A stretch of DNA of 64,000 nucleotides from Crocinitomicaceae bacterium (GCA_030830205.1 JAURNL010000041.1:6635-70634), one strand, 5' to 3'; positions 18,094 through 28,087 are shown, numbered from the stretch's first letter. Translations and numbers: made by a program. Notes: generated by a model not told the origin, from the sequence alone.

Positions 18094-18753
18094 GTGAAAA
18101 AACCTCTGCTTTTTAGCGCCATACTTGTTGGAATCTTATTGCTCCTTGATCAATGGATTAAACTTACCATCAAAACACAATTTGAACCAGGTCAATTTGA
18201 ACCACTCATAGGAAATTGGTTGGTGTTGCATTATACTGAAAATCCGGGTATGGCTTTTGGTCAAACTTTTGGAGCAAGTATGTGGGCTAAACTTTCATTA
18301 AGTTTGTTTAGAATTGTGGCTATCGGATTAATAGTTCGATACTTGTGGAGGCAAATTAAGCAAGGTGTTTCTAGTGAGTTTTTAATCGTTGTATCCTTAG
18401 TGCTCGCGGGCGCAACTGGAAACCTTCTGGATTCCATGTTTTACGACCTTTTCTTTACTTTAGATCCTTGTGTTCCATTTAATCAATTAGCGGGAAGCGG
18501 GCATAAGGCTGTTTGTCATGCCGGTCATTTTGATTACGCAGTAGAACTTAGACACCAAGGGTTTTTGTTTGGAAACGTCGTAGATATGTTTCAGTTCAAT
18601 GTACGCTGGCCCAACAGTTTTCCAATAGTTGGAGGTTCGGATATTTTTCCAGCGATTTGGAACTTAGCAGATTTTTGTATTTCAGTAGGTTTGATTTGGG
18701 CAATTATCCGTCAGAAGAAATTCTTCCCTAAAGAAGAAAAAACAGTAGGGTAG
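18094..18753 (+). CDS. lspA: lipoprotein signal peptidase (signal peptidase II)
   Basis: GTG start 3 nt after the dksA-like stop. Motifs are YTENPGMAFG, GATGNLLDSMFYD and VVDMFQF. It carries a ~45-aa insertion relative to short LspA proteins. Confidence 0.85.
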   Translation: MKKPLLFSAILVGILLLLDQWIKLTIKTQFEPGQFEPLIGNWLVLHYTENPGMAFGQTFGASMWAKLSLSLFRIVAIGLIVRYLWRQIKQGVSSEFLIVVSLVLAGATGNLLDSMFYDLFFTLDPCVPFNQLAGSGHKAVCHAGHFDYAVELRHQGFLFGNVVDMFQFNVRWPNSFPIVGGSDIFPAIWNLADFCISVGLIWAIIRQKKFFPKEEKTVG

Positions 18754-18762
18754 ATGGATTGC

Positions 18763-21219
18763 TTAGAAATTCCACTTCATGCTCCGGTCATCTAGTATAG
18801 CAAACGAAATTTTCCAAGCGCTTGTCGGTTCTATTTGATTACCATCCGACACCACCCCATAAATTCCGATACGTAGTCGCCGTCTACTCATTTTGAAATT
18901 TCGTTCCAGTCCTGCAAGCACTTCATAGTGCTGCCAATTATATTCTTTGATGTACATAGCCCCGCCGCCAGCTACCAAACCCACTCGTGTTTTCTTAAAA
19001 TAGGGAATTTTATTAAGGATTGCTCCGTTGTCGTGGTGTATGTAGTGTGCTTGCATGACATAATCTGTTGTTCGCAAGGTGGTGTCAAACCCTTGAAAAG
19101 AATAAAGTGGATTTGAAAACCAAAGTGGATCACTTCTGCGTTGAAATTTATAATCAGGCTCATAAATTGCACGCGAGCTTAGAAATTTACCAATAGATGC
19201 CCGGTATGAAGACGTTCCGATGGTGCCAATTTTGAAATTTTGTGTTACCTCTAATTGTAAATAGGCATGATCAACGGCACTATTCCAAATATGGGGTAAT
19301 CCGCGCTCGTAGTGTACGGAGAAAGTTGGGTATGCAGATCCTAACACGACTTTGCGATAGGGCTCGCGCATGTAGCGTTGTTTTGGTGTATAGGAAGCTC
19401 CAAAATTCAATATGTATGCATCGTATGGATTGAATGCAAGTGGGTCATTATTGGGTAGCGATTGATCAATTCCATCTAAAAAATCATAGCCTTCAATACT
19501 TCTTCTTTTGGTGAATTGGGAGTTGGCATAGGCATAAAAGCCATTAAATAGTTCATATTCAAGATTGATATTTAGTTTAGTCGATTCAAAAAAGTTGTCC
19601 CGCTTATAAATTTGAGTGATGGCATCAAAACCTCTTATGACATCGAAGTCATGGGTGAGCGCAACGCGTAAAAAACCAAAATGAAATGGATCGAAGCGAT
19701 ACTTCCACCAAGAGTCTCCTTTCCAATCGCCATTAAGAAAGCCATACGATATGCGGGTATATGAATCTAGGGTACGTTCATCCTTCCATTTCTTGAAATA
19801 GTCAAAGCTAGGTGCCACACGTGGCCCTGCGATATATATTGGCTGTGCGGTTGACGCCAAAGATCCAATGGTCCATTGCTGTTTAAGCTCACGATTTCGG
19901 TGGTCAACACCAAACCACAGCACTTTTAATAAAGTTACTTTATTAAAAACAGCATCAATACTGTCTAAATATTCCTTTCGATTAAAGTAGTCCCTTATGG
20001 AGTCTTTGGCTCTGATAAACTTGATTTCTTCCTCGGTGAGTGCAATAGTACGTTTTTGCTCCCAGTAAGAACTATCGCGTTCGTATGCTTCTTGAGTAGT
20101 TAATGCAACCTCTGAATTAAAGTGGCGTTTTACAAAAGATGGCTGAAAATTATAATTACTGAAAAGCGCCTCTGTCTTGCATTGACTCACCTGATTTTTA
20201 TACTTTACCCCATAGGTTAGTACTTGTTTTTTCAATACACATAAACTATCGCCCTGAATTTGATAATCTTGTTCTATTCTAAAATAGTCATAGATTAATA
20301 AATTTCCTTTGTTCATTGTAAGGTCTAACTTTTGAACTAGCCATAGTGTATCAATTACCCAAATAAAACCTTCTAATGTGGAGGTAGCAGTGTTGCGAGG
20401 TGAAATCTTGATTTTAGAAATCATGTACCCATTTTCTTCGTATTTCTCCTCGAGCTTATATTTATAAGCAATTATTCCAGGAGCAGAAATTGGAGAAGCA
20501 ATTGGAGTTTGGTGTAGGTCATCAAGGTGTAGTAAATTTTCAAAAAAATTGAAATTTGATTTGACGGTTGTGGTGTAGTAAAGTTGAGAGACATCGCCAT
20601 GTGATTTATAGGCATTGCGAATTTCTTTCACTTGATTGGGTGGTGCAAATGAACGATGTAGCTCTACTTCCATGAGCTGTAACTTATTGATCCATTCCGG
20701 GATTTTACCCTGGTTTTCTAAGGGGTCTTGATCAGTAGGTGCTTGCTCATTTTTATTTTTTGCAGTGTTTTCGCGTTGTTCTGTTGCTTTAATATAGACA
20801 TCCACTTCGTGGGGGTAATTCCATGGGTTGAGCTGCTCTCGCTGTGCAACTACTTTCATGATTTTATCACGGCCAACATTTGATTTTTTTGCTGTCACAC
20901 GCACTTCTTGTACTTCGGACAGTTTCATCGGAAATAACTGAATATCACGTTGAACATCGTTATCGCGCATTCCTAAGTAAGCTTCACGGTCTTGATAACC
21001 ATCTGCAGTGAAAACCAAGTAATATTCCCCTACGTTGAGGTACATTTCATAATATCCCTGCGCATCAGCAACTGTCCTCAATTCAGTTACATTCTTTACA
21101 AAGATTTCGGCTCCAGCTAAGGGTAAGTTGTTTTCATTTGTGATATATCCACTAAGTAGACGCTGACTAAAGCCAGTTCTGATGATGAGGATAACAAGGA
21201 GGAATGTTAATATTTTCAC
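18763..21219 (-). CDS. outer-membrane-associated protein with an N-terminal carboxypeptidase-regulatory-like domain (DUF5686-like architecture)
   Basis: Signal peptide MKILTFLLVILIIRTGFSQ, then GYITNENNLPLAGAEIFVKN...YYLVFTADGY (CarboxypepD_reg-like). A long beta-rich C-terminal region ends in ...MKWNF. Confidence 0.65.
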   Translation of the reverse strand: MKILTFLLVILIIRTGFSQRLLSGYITNENNLPLAGAEIFVKNVTELRTVADAQGYYEMYLNVGEYYLVFTADGYQDREAYLGMRDNDVQRDIQLFPMKLSEVQEVRVTAKKSNVGRDKIMKVVAQREQLNPWNYPHEVDVYIKATEQRENTAKNKNEQAPTDQDPLENQGKIPEWINKLQLMEVELHRSFAPPNQVKEIRNAYKSHGDVSQLYYTTTVKSNFNFFENLLHLDDLHQTPIASPISAPGIIAYKYKLEEKYEENGYMISKIKISPRNTATSTLEGFIWVIDTLWLVQKLDLTMNKGNLLIYDYFRIEQDYQIQGDSLCVLKKQVLTYGVKYKNQVSQCKTEALFSNYNFQPSFVKRHFNSEVALTTQEAYERDSSYWEQKRTIALTEEEIKFIRAKDSIRDYFNRKEYLDSIDAVFNKVTLLKVLWFGVDHRNRELKQQWTIGSLASTAQPIYIAGPRVAPSFDYFKKWKDERTLDSYTRISYGFLNGDWKGDSWWKYRFDPFHFGFLRVALTHDFDVIRGFDAITQIYKRDNFFESTKLNINLEYELFNGFYAYANSQFTKRRSIEGYDFLDGIDQSLPNNDPLAFNPYDAYILNFGASYTPKQRYMREPYRKVVLGSAYPTFSVHYERGLPHIWNSAVDHAYLQLEVTQNFKIGTIGTSSYRASIGKFLSSRAIYEPDYKFQRRSDPLWFSNPLYSFQGFDTTLRTTDYVMQAHYIHHDNGAILNKIPYFKKTRVGLVAGGGAMYIKEYNWQHYEVLAGLERNFKMSRRRLRIGIYGVVSDGNQIEPTSAWKISFAILDDRSMKWNF

Positions 21220-21248
21220 TAAATGAATACCGCTTCGTTAGCAAAAGG

Positions 21249-21506
21249 TTACAGTAATTCTGACTCTTCTTTTTGTTTTGCCATTTCTTCAAGGTGGCGA
21301 TACATGCGTTTCATCATCCAACGCTTCGTTCCATACATAAGCAACGCCATCGCTGGAATCACGTAATACGCAACCCAAGTTTGAGATCCTTCTGTGAAAA
21401 TCTTATAGGAAATAACCAAAAAGCTCAGACCTGCAATGAGTAACCATAGATAGCCCGAAAATTGATTGTAACGACTGATGAAATCTTTTTGTGACATATT
21501 ATTCAA
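21249..21506 (-). CDS. small two-TM membrane protein, hypothetical
   Basis: 85-aa ORF with two hydrophobic helices. 8-nt overlap with the lptC-like stop. Confidence 0.5.
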   Translation of the reverse strand: MNNMSQKDFISRYNQFSGYLWLLIAGLSFLVISYKIFTEGSQTWVAYYVIPAMALLMYGTKRWMMKRMYRHLEEMAKQKEESELL

Positions 21507-22059
21507 TTGTTTGGTTTTGTTCGATTTGCCAAGAGCCTACTGGTTTCAGTATTTCATAATTACTGAAATCTTGTTTAGTGCGGATCCCTTGACCAAAAAG
21601 CTTTCCTTTTGGGGAGCGCACGATTACTGCACTTTGTGTAAATATACTACTGTCTTTTTGATTCCAATAGAGCTTTTCAGTTTCTAAGGTTTGTTTCTTT
21701 TTATGGTTATATAGACGCACTGAGTCGCTCACCATCAGCTTACCAGTACTGTAATTAATTTCACCATATAAGGCACTCAAAGTAGAAACAATATCTCCAA
21801 CTTCATTGAAGAAATAAACCTTTAAACTATCCTTGATCTTGGTGATTTGTTCTTTATTTCTGTAGGTCTCGGCAAGGGCTGCATGTATTTCAACTCTTGC
21901 ATAACCATCTTCTGCATATCTCAGCACTAGGTTTTTGGTACTCTCCGCAGGTGCATCTGCCTGAAAGCTGATGCGCTGTACAATTGCCACATCGTTTTCA
22001 CAAGCGCTGTTTAGAACCCACGCAAGGAGAATTGGTCCGATGACATTGAAGGCGCGCAT
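21499..22059 (-). CDS. lptC: LPS export periplasmic component LptC-like (lipoprotein-type N-terminus)
   Basis: About 186 aa with LLAWVLNSAC lipobox-like N-terminus. The beta-jellyroll-like pattern (GKLMVSDSVRLYN ... LYWNQKDSSIFT ... VIVRSPKGKLFGQG) resembles Bacteroidota LptC. The ATG at 22057-22059 overlaps the upstream stop (TAATG). Confidence 0.6.
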   Translation of the reverse strand: MRAFNVIGPILLAWVLNSACENDVAIVQRISFQADAPAESTKNLVLRYAEDGYARVEIHAALAETYRNKEQITKIKDSLKVYFFNEVGDIVSTLSALYGEINYSTGKLMVSDSVRLYNHKKKQTLETEKLYWNQKDSSIFTQSAVIVRSPKGKLFGQGIRTKQDFSNYEILKPVGSWQIEQNQTIE

Positions 22060-23396
22060 TAATCGAGCTGTCGCTTTCGGAACCACTTTTCAAAATTAGA
22101 CGGCGCCATAATTAAACTGACGCGGGCACCAATAAATTGCTCTTTCCAGATATTACTTTCAATAGTTCTTTGTCCAAAAGTAAGACCAACATTTAACGAT
22201 GATAAGGAGATTTGTGCTAACAAAGGAACACCAAATCCTAGGGTAAAGCCTTGCTCTTGGTATTGTAAACCACCGTTAGTATAGGGTAGCGTTTGTTGAT
22301 AGTAACCTATACGATAGCTGATTTTTTCAAAACCTTTCAAGGTTGCCATATTTTCAAGAACTTTAAATTCAGGTTGGAATTGCACACCAAAACTCAATCG
22401 TTCATAATTCTTTTGGTCAAAACCGGTAAGTAAATTTTCTGTTTGGGTATTTGCACCAAAGAGGCTGTAACTAGCAAGTATCTGAAGTTGAGGGTGTAAT
22501 TCACGCGTTTGCCTTTTGTATTTTGGTAGTTTCCAATTGTAACAGAAGCCAAATTGGGAACTTTGGGCAAGTAAAGCAGCAAATGGTTGATTGTTATTTA
22601 AAATCGTATCGTAAGTGTTGGGAGAGCCAATTGTTGCTGAGCTATATAGTTCTCTTTGGTAGGTCCCGTTGAGCATCATTTTTGGCTGATATACTGCACT
22701 AATAGCAATCGTATGATTTTTTGCTAACTGCTGGCTAAAGTAGCCACCGATTTCTGTATGAAATGAACGCATCACTAACGAATTGCGTTCTATTCCACCA
22801 GCTGAGCTGTTACCGGTGATGAGTTCAGAGCTGCGTTCGTTGATGAGTGTTCCAAACAAATATGATGCATTTGCACCTATTGCCATTTTAGTTTTGGCTC
22901 GTTCGATAAGTCCAAAAGAATAGCCTAAATAAAGATCTTGAATAGCGCCTTTTCCTGTATAGAGATAACGAATAGAGTCTAGGCCAGTAAATTGAGTTTC
23001 AGAAATTTGGTACCCGCGTGCACTAAAGGGACGCAACCCAAAAGACATACCCATTTGCTTACGGATTTTAAAACCAAGTGTAAACTGTTCAACCATTGGT
23101 GTTGCGGCAAACTGTTGAGCATTGGTATTACTGTACCAAGATTGTCTGGAATGGATACTGACCGTATAGAGCGTTGCGCCTTTACTCAGACGATTGTAGC
23201 TCGCCGGATTGTAATGATTGACGAGTGTAGAGTCGAAATAATTGATTGCATTTTTGCCAATAGCGTCAAAAACGCCATGTCCTTTAGAGCTCATTTCACC
23301 AAAGCCATAAAAACTCGCTGGCTCAGCTGTGATTGATTGTGCCAAAAATATATTGCTTGTTAAAGCAGTAAGGATAAGAGAGAGTAGTTTATTCAT
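22059..23396 (-). CDS. hypothetical outer-membrane beta-barrel protein
   Basis: Signal peptide MNKLLSLILTALTSNIFLAQ and alternating beta-strand-like segments. 8-nt overlap with the coaX stop. Confidence 0.6.
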   Translation of the reverse strand: MNKLLSLILTALTSNIFLAQSITAEPASFYGFGEMSSKGHGVFDAIGKNAINYFDSTLVNHYNPASYNRLSKGATLYTVSIHSRQSWYSNTNAQQFAATPMVEQFTLGFKIRKQMGMSFGLRPFSARGYQISETQFTGLDSIRYLYTGKGAIQDLYLGYSFGLIERAKTKMAIGANASYLFGTLINERSSELITGNSSAGGIERNSLVMRSFHTEIGGYFSQQLAKNHTIAISAVYQPKMMLNGTYQRELYSSATIGSPNTYDTILNNNQPFAALLAQSSQFGFCYNWKLPKYKRQTRELHPQLQILASYSLFGANTQTENLLTGFDQKNYERLSFGVQFQPEFKVLENMATLKGFEKISYRIGYYQQTLPYTNGGLQYQEQGFTLGFGVPLLAQISLSSLNVGLTFGQRTIESNIWKEQFIGARVSLIMAPSNFEKWFRKRQLD

Positions 23397-24108
23397 TGGC
23401 TTGGTAAAGAGCTAGGATGCCTTCTAAAGTTAAATTTTCGTGTACAAAGATGCCATTTTTTTGTCCTAAATCAAAATATGACGCATCTCCTCCTGTGAGG
23501 TAGACGATGAGCTCAGGTTCTAAATCTATGTAGGCCTGCACAAGTCCTTCAATCTCTTTTTGCCAACCAAGATAAGTGCCTATTTCAAGACAAGATTGGG
23601 TATTGGTTCCGATGAGTTTTGAATTTGCTTGAATGACTATTTCAGGTAGCTTTTCGGTAAAATGGGCCATTGCTTTAGCACGCATTTGTAAACCAGGACT
23701 TATAGAGCCACCTCGGTAATTATTTTGTGCATCTACAAAATCAAATTTGATGCAAGTTCCGAGATCTATTGCTAATCTTGCTTTACCTTGATGTAATCGA
23801 CTTATGGCAGCAGCATTACAAAGCCTGTCCATTCCAAGGGTATGTGGACTTTCGTAAGCCATCTTAAAAGGAAAACTGAGCATTGGTGTTATTTCAAAAG
23901 TAGTCTCAAAATAACGATGAAGCTCGTCTTTCAAGGACTGTTCTATGACAGACGAAAAGGCGATTGGGATGTTACGATGTAGTTTAGCAATTGGTAATTC
24001 TCCTTTATTGAAACGCTCAACTTCTTGAATGACACCATTTTGTGAAATCCCTAATTTGATATGGGTATTACCTGCGTCGAGTAAATAGACTTCTTTGAAA
24101 TCACTCAT
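23389..24108 (-). CDS. coaX: type III pantothenate kinase
   Basis: YLLDAGNTHIKLG and TLGMDRLCNAAA motifs. The track start at 24114 is a TTG inside the -7 box, so I use the ATG at 24108. Confidence 0.9.
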   Translation of the reverse strand: MSDFKEVYLLDAGNTHIKLGISQNGVIQEVERFNKGELPIAKLHRNIPIAFSSVIEQSLKDELHRYFETTFEITPMLSFPFKMAYESPHTLGMDRLCNAAAISRLHQGKARLAIDLGTCIKFDFVDAQNNYRGGSISPGLQMRAKAMAHFTEKLPEIVIQANSKLIGTNTQSCLEIGTYLGWQKEIEGLVQAYIDLEPELIVYLTGGDASYFDLGQKNGIFVHENLTLEGILALYQANE

Positions 24109-24111
24109 ATC

Positions 24112-24119
24112 CAAAATTA
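24112..24119 (-). promoter_or_regulatory. putative -7 box TAATTTTG (minus strand), 3 nt before the coaX ATG
   Basis: The plus strand reads caaaatta at 24112-24119. Confidence 0.45.
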
Positions 24120-24150
24120 AGGAGCTTTTTTGAACTTTTTTGATTTTTAA

Positions 24151-24183
24151 CTTGTGTACAACAGTAAAAATGTGTTAAATTTG
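24151..24183 (+). promoter_or_regulatory. putative promoter cTTG(24151-24154)-N21-TAAATTTG(24176-24183) for tRNA-Phe
   Basis: Exact -7 box 15 nt upstream of the mature tRNA 5' end. Confidence 0.45.
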
Positions 24184-24198
24184 CATCCACCAACGGCT

Positions 24199-24271
24199 GG
24201 TACCTTAGCTCAGTTGGTAGAGCAAAGGACTGAAAATCCTTGTGTCCCTGGTTCGATTCCTGGAGGTACCA
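24199..24271 (+). tRNA. tRNA-Phe (anticodon GAA)
   Basis: A 73-nt cloverleaf folded by hand. Acceptor GGTACCT/AGGTACC, D-arm GCTC-AGTTGGTA-GAGC, anticodon arm AAGGA-CTGAAAA-TCCTT, variable loop GTGTC, T-arm CCTGG-TTCGATT-CCTGG (one T:T mismatch at 51:63), discriminator A. CCA is not encoded. Confidence 0.93.
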
Positions 24272-24280
24272 CTGCAAAAA

Positions 24281-24299
24281 CCCTGAAGATTCTTCAGGG
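24281..24299. terminator. bidirectional rho-independent terminator
   Basis: Stems ccctgaag and cttcaggg with a 3-nt loop, flanked by AAAAA (24276-24280) and TTTTTTT (24300-24306). It lies between the tRNA and the convergent 1246-aa CDS. Confidence 0.7.
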
Positions 24300-24307
24300 T
24301 TTTTTTG

Positions 24308-27300
24308 TTACTCGCCATTTACAAGGTGAATAAACCCTTGTTTGTCAATCAAGGTGCCCCCGAGCATTTCACCGCGCAAGCGGTAAAAGAAAACCCCATC
24401 AGTATGTAGTTTTCCATTGAAATCATAACCATCCCATACTGCTATTCCAGTTTGATCCTTGAGTTCGTAGAGTAGTTGACCCCAACGATTCAGGATTTGA
24501 ATGTCGTATCGCTTGAAGGAAGGGTAGGGTAGTGTCACAATATCGTTGATACCATCTCCATTTGGTGTAAATACATTTGGGATCCAAATATCAGGATCAG
24601 AGACGTAAATGGTGATGTATGCGGTATCGATACACCCAAGATTGTCTGTGATGACTAATAAAATTTGTTGAGATCCACCTTCTGGGAAGGCAATATCTTG
24701 GGGGGTATCTTGAAAAAATAAGTTGCTACTATCTGGAAACACCCAGGTCCAAGTGCTTATTGGGTTTAAACTGCTACTTGCATCTGTCAAAATTACCGTT
24801 TGATTGATGTTCGCATAAATTGGAGAGGCATTAATTTGTGCATTGAGCCCACTGATATTCGCTGTAATAGGAGGCAAGAGGTATAGGATTTGGCAGCCTG
24901 CAGTATCGTAAAGGGTTACGCTCGGATTGTAGGTCCCGGTATTTGGATAAAAATAAGAAAAAGTAAGACTATCACCGATCCAAATATTGTTACCTAGATT
25001 CCAACTTACAGAATCAATATTGGAAGGATTTTGGATGGTAAATAATGCACCTTGTGCACAAATTGTATTGTCTTGGATCCATTGAGGATTTCCCAATGGC
25101 CCGCCAATAGAAACATAATTGGATATGGTTGTATCGTCGGTACAGCCATATTCATCAGTGATACTCATGGATAAATCAAAAGAACCACTAGTCACTAATG
25201 TATTATCTGGGTTTTGTAAAATAGAATTATTTCCATTTCCAAATGCCCAATTCCAGTTTGTGATATCACCCATACTTGTTGAAGCGTCCGTGAAATCGCA
25301 AAATAGTGGCGGGCAACTAAATTGACCATTTACATCTATCGCTGCACCAGAAAATGTATAGGAGGGTACCGCATGAGGAGTGGAAATATAAATGGTCTGG
25401 CTGACGCTATCTGTGCAACCATTTCCATCCATGACTAGGAGAGATAATGGGAAGGTAGTAAACAGTCCAGTACCGTTTGCCGGTACATTCAATGCACATA
25501 TACTGTCTAAACTGATGATATTGCCATCTAGATACCAAGTGTAACTCAGTGTATCGACTCCATAACTCAAACTTGAAATTAAACTGCTGTCCTGTGCGCA
25601 AATGATGGTGTCAGCGCTAATAAGTGCTGTAGGTTTAGTCAGGGTAATCTGAATGGTTGCTGGGTTAGAAATACAGCCGTTGATGTCTGTTGCGGTGATG
25701 CTCGCTGTGTATACGCCGTTCCCAACAAACGTATGGTTGATCGCTTGATTGACGTTGGAGGTGGTGACGCTTGTATTGTTGTCAGAGAAAGTGGTGTTGA
25801 ACGAAGCCAAGGGCAGGCCATTGGTGATGCTATAGCTAGTATTGGTAAAACTCAGTGGGAAAGGCGAGCAACCTGCGTAAGACGGCGCTAATAGCCCTGC
25901 AACTGGTTTGTTGGCCACATATATGGTTTGGCTGCTAGTGGAGGAACAGCCAGCTGTATTAAAAACCAACAAACTGATATTATAAGTGCCACTTGCTGGA
26001 TATACATAATTCACATTTGGTCCATTATGGATTTGCTGCCCATTCCCAAAATTATAGAACCAATCATAAATAGGATGTCCTGACCAGGTTGTACTTTGAT
26101 CAAAAAGACCTATGCCATCGCCCTTGCATATCGTATCGTCGGGCAATAAAAAAGCTGATTGTAGTTGAGAAATGGTAACGGCAATTGTTATGCTGTCCGA
26201 ACACCCGGTTGTATAATTGTGTACAACTTGTTCTATTTGATAAGTCCCATAGTCAGAGAAAGCATGACTGGTGTTCCCTCCATTGGGTAGATCGAGTTCT
26301 GCATTGTTAAAATAGGTGTCTGGTGTGCCATCATTCCATTCGTAATGTAATGCTACACTGTCTTGAAGTTCTCCTTCAATTGCGGTATTGATAAAATCAA
26401 AATCTACTGGAAAACTGCTTGGATTACAAACCAAGGAATTGTTGGGTCCAAACATGGCTATTGGTGCAAGTACATAGAGTACAGAATCTTTTTCTAGGGT
26501 ATCAATACAACCACGGAAATTGACGTACAGCGTAACATCTACCCAGCCGGTGTCTTGAGAGAACTGAAATGTAGGATCATCTTGGCTGCTGATCCCTTGA
26601 GAGAAATCCCAGAAGTAACTGATCTCAGTGCTGTCATAAGGCACTGAAATATAGAATTCAGATTCAAATTCAACATCTGTATTGGCACAAGTAATATTCG
26701 GGTCCCAGCTAAAATCTATGGAGTCTATAGACCCAACTGTGATGTAAGGAGTTTTGGTTAAGGTGTCCGTACAACCTGAAGCCGTAGTAATGATCAATGA
26801 TACGTCATAAAGACCAACGCCATAGGTTTGTGTTGGTGGAATTTGACCATTGAAAGTTTGACCATTGCCAAAATTCCATTGCCAAGATACAATAGGGTTG
26901 CTAGGCGTGTAAGAGGTATCTATGAATTGGACGGTAAATGGTGCACAACCGCCTGTATCTAGCGCAAAGAATCCTGCCTCAACAGGAGTGATTTCGATGT
27001 AATTATTGAGTGTTTGGGTGCCACTACATCCTGCACTAGAAGTGTAAGTTAAACTGATATCGTACAAACCACTATTTTGAAAAATGTGTGGAGGAGGATT
27101 TGGTCCTGTATATGTTTGTCCGTCTCCAAAATCCCAGACGTATGTACCATTGAGGTTTGTTGTATTGAAAAATTGAATACTACCTGGTGCACAATTAGCC
27201 GTTGGATTTGCATAGAAAGTTGGCGTAGTATTGGGCTGTATAATGATCTGTTGGCTCGTACTTCCCGAGCAGCCTGAGTTGGTGTTCTGAGCACTTAGAT

Positions 27301-28048
27301 TGACCGTGTAGGTTCCAGGCGAATTGTATGTCACACTGGGGTTTTCGGCATTGCTTTGTCCTGCGGTTCCAAAATTCCAGTTCCATGTATTTGCACCAAT
27401 AGTTGAATTGTCCTCAAATAAAATAGCTTGACCGACACAACCAACCGCTGGTGCAGTTATGCCCGCTTGGAAATTAGAAACAACAATTGGTTGGGTGAGC
27501 GAATTTATACAGCCCGTATTATTGTTCGTCACCGTAAGTTGAGCCTGAAAAGTGCCTTGTGAATTATAGGTGATATTCTGTGGCGCATATTGTGTTGAGG
27601 TTTGCCCATTGCCAAAATTCCAAGACTGAGAAAAGTTAGCACCTTGAGAAGAATTATTGGTAAAACTCAAGGTTAAAGGTACTGTACAACCCAATCCATT
27701 TGCTGCAAAGCTAACATTGGGCAACGGGTTAACGGTAATGTATGCTGGTTTGATTTCAGCATCGGCAATACCATTGACATTTGTGGCTACTAAGGTGATG
27801 GTAAAGGTACCTGGGGTGCTAAAAGCATGGGTAGTATTGGTGGTGGTCGAAGCGTTCCCGTCGCCGAAATCCCATTGATAAGAACTAAGGGCAGGACCAC
27901 CATTGGGACTTGAAGTATTTGTAAAATTGACATTTTCACCTACGCAGACCACAAGCGGGTTTGCCGAAAAATTCGCAACCGGGCTTTGAGCAAAAATCGA
28001 ATGGGCAAGCCAGCTTATACTGACGAGCAAAAAACGTAGGTAGGTCAT
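24308..28048 (-). CDS. large PKD-repeat surface protein with a T9SS type B (gliding motility-associated) C-terminal domain
   Basis: Signal peptide MTYLRFLLVSISWLAHSIFAQ. About 13 repeats carry PKD-like W-x-F-G-D/N-G cores (WDFGDGNAS, WNFGNGQTS, WDFGDGQTY, WNFGNGQTF, YNFGNGQQI, WAFGNGNNS and others). The C-terminal IPNVFTPNGDGINDIV...VFFYRL is the type B sorting-domain signature. Confidence 0.85.
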   Translation of the reverse strand: MTYLRFLLVSISWLAHSIFAQSPVANFSANPLVVCVGENVNFTNTSSPNGGPALSSYQWDFGDGNASTTTNTTHAFSTPGTFTITLVATNVNGIADAEIKPAYITVNPLPNVSFAANGLGCTVPLTLSFTNNSSQGANFSQSWNFGNGQTSTQYAPQNITYNSQGTFQAQLTVTNNNTGCINSLTQPIVVSNFQAGITAPAVGCVGQAILFEDNSTIGANTWNWNFGTAGQSNAENPSVTYNSPGTYTVNLSAQNTNSGCSGSTSQQIIIQPNTTPTFYANPTANCAPGSIQFFNTTNLNGTYVWDFGDGQTYTGPNPPPHIFQNSGLYDISLTYTSSAGCSGTQTLNNYIEITPVEAGFFALDTGGCAPFTVQFIDTSYTPSNPIVSWQWNFGNGQTFNGQIPPTQTYGVGLYDVSLIITTASGCTDTLTKTPYITVGSIDSIDFSWDPNITCANTDVEFESEFYISVPYDSTEISYFWDFSQGISSQDDPTFQFSQDTGWVDVTLYVNFRGCIDTLEKDSVLYVLAPIAMFGPNNSLVCNPSSFPVDFDFINTAIEGELQDSVALHYEWNDGTPDTYFNNAELDLPNGGNTSHAFSDYGTYQIEQVVHNYTTGCSDSITIAVTISQLQSAFLLPDDTICKGDGIGLFDQSTTWSGHPIYDWFYNFGNGQQIHNGPNVNYVYPASGTYNISLLVFNTAGCSSTSSQTIYVANKPVAGLLAPSYAGCSPFPLSFTNTSYSITNGLPLASFNTTFSDNNTSVTTSNVNQAINHTFVGNGVYTASITATDINGCISNPATIQITLTKPTALISADTIICAQDSSLISSLSYGVDTLSYTWYLDGNIISLDSICALNVPANGTGLFTTFPLSLLVMDGNGCTDSVSQTIYISTPHAVPSYTFSGAAIDVNGQFSCPPLFCDFTDASTSMGDITNWNWAFGNGNNSILQNPDNTLVTSGSFDLSMSITDEYGCTDDTTISNYVSIGGPLGNPQWIQDNTICAQGALFTIQNPSNIDSVSWNLGNNIWIGDSLTFSYFYPNTGTYNPSVTLYDTAGCQILYLLPPITANISGLNAQINASPIYANINQTVILTDASSSLNPISTWTWVFPDSSNLFFQDTPQDIAFPEGGSQQILLVITDNLGCIDTAYITIYVSDPDIWIPNVFTPNGDGINDIVTLPYPSFKRYDIQILNRWGQLLYELKDQTGIAVWDGYDFNGKLHTDGVFFYRLRGEMLGGTLIDKQGFIHLVNGE

Positions 28049-28087
28049 TACCTAGTTAAAACGTAAAATCTTGGCAAAAAGTTGCTT

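Noticed and set aside
24199-24271. The T:T mismatch at positions 51:63 of the tRNA-Phe T-stem, considered as a sign of a pseudogene
   Set aside because: All other stems, conserved D/T-loop residues, the anticodon loop and the discriminator are canonical. The gene also has its own promoter box and terminator, so a single mismatch is tolerable.
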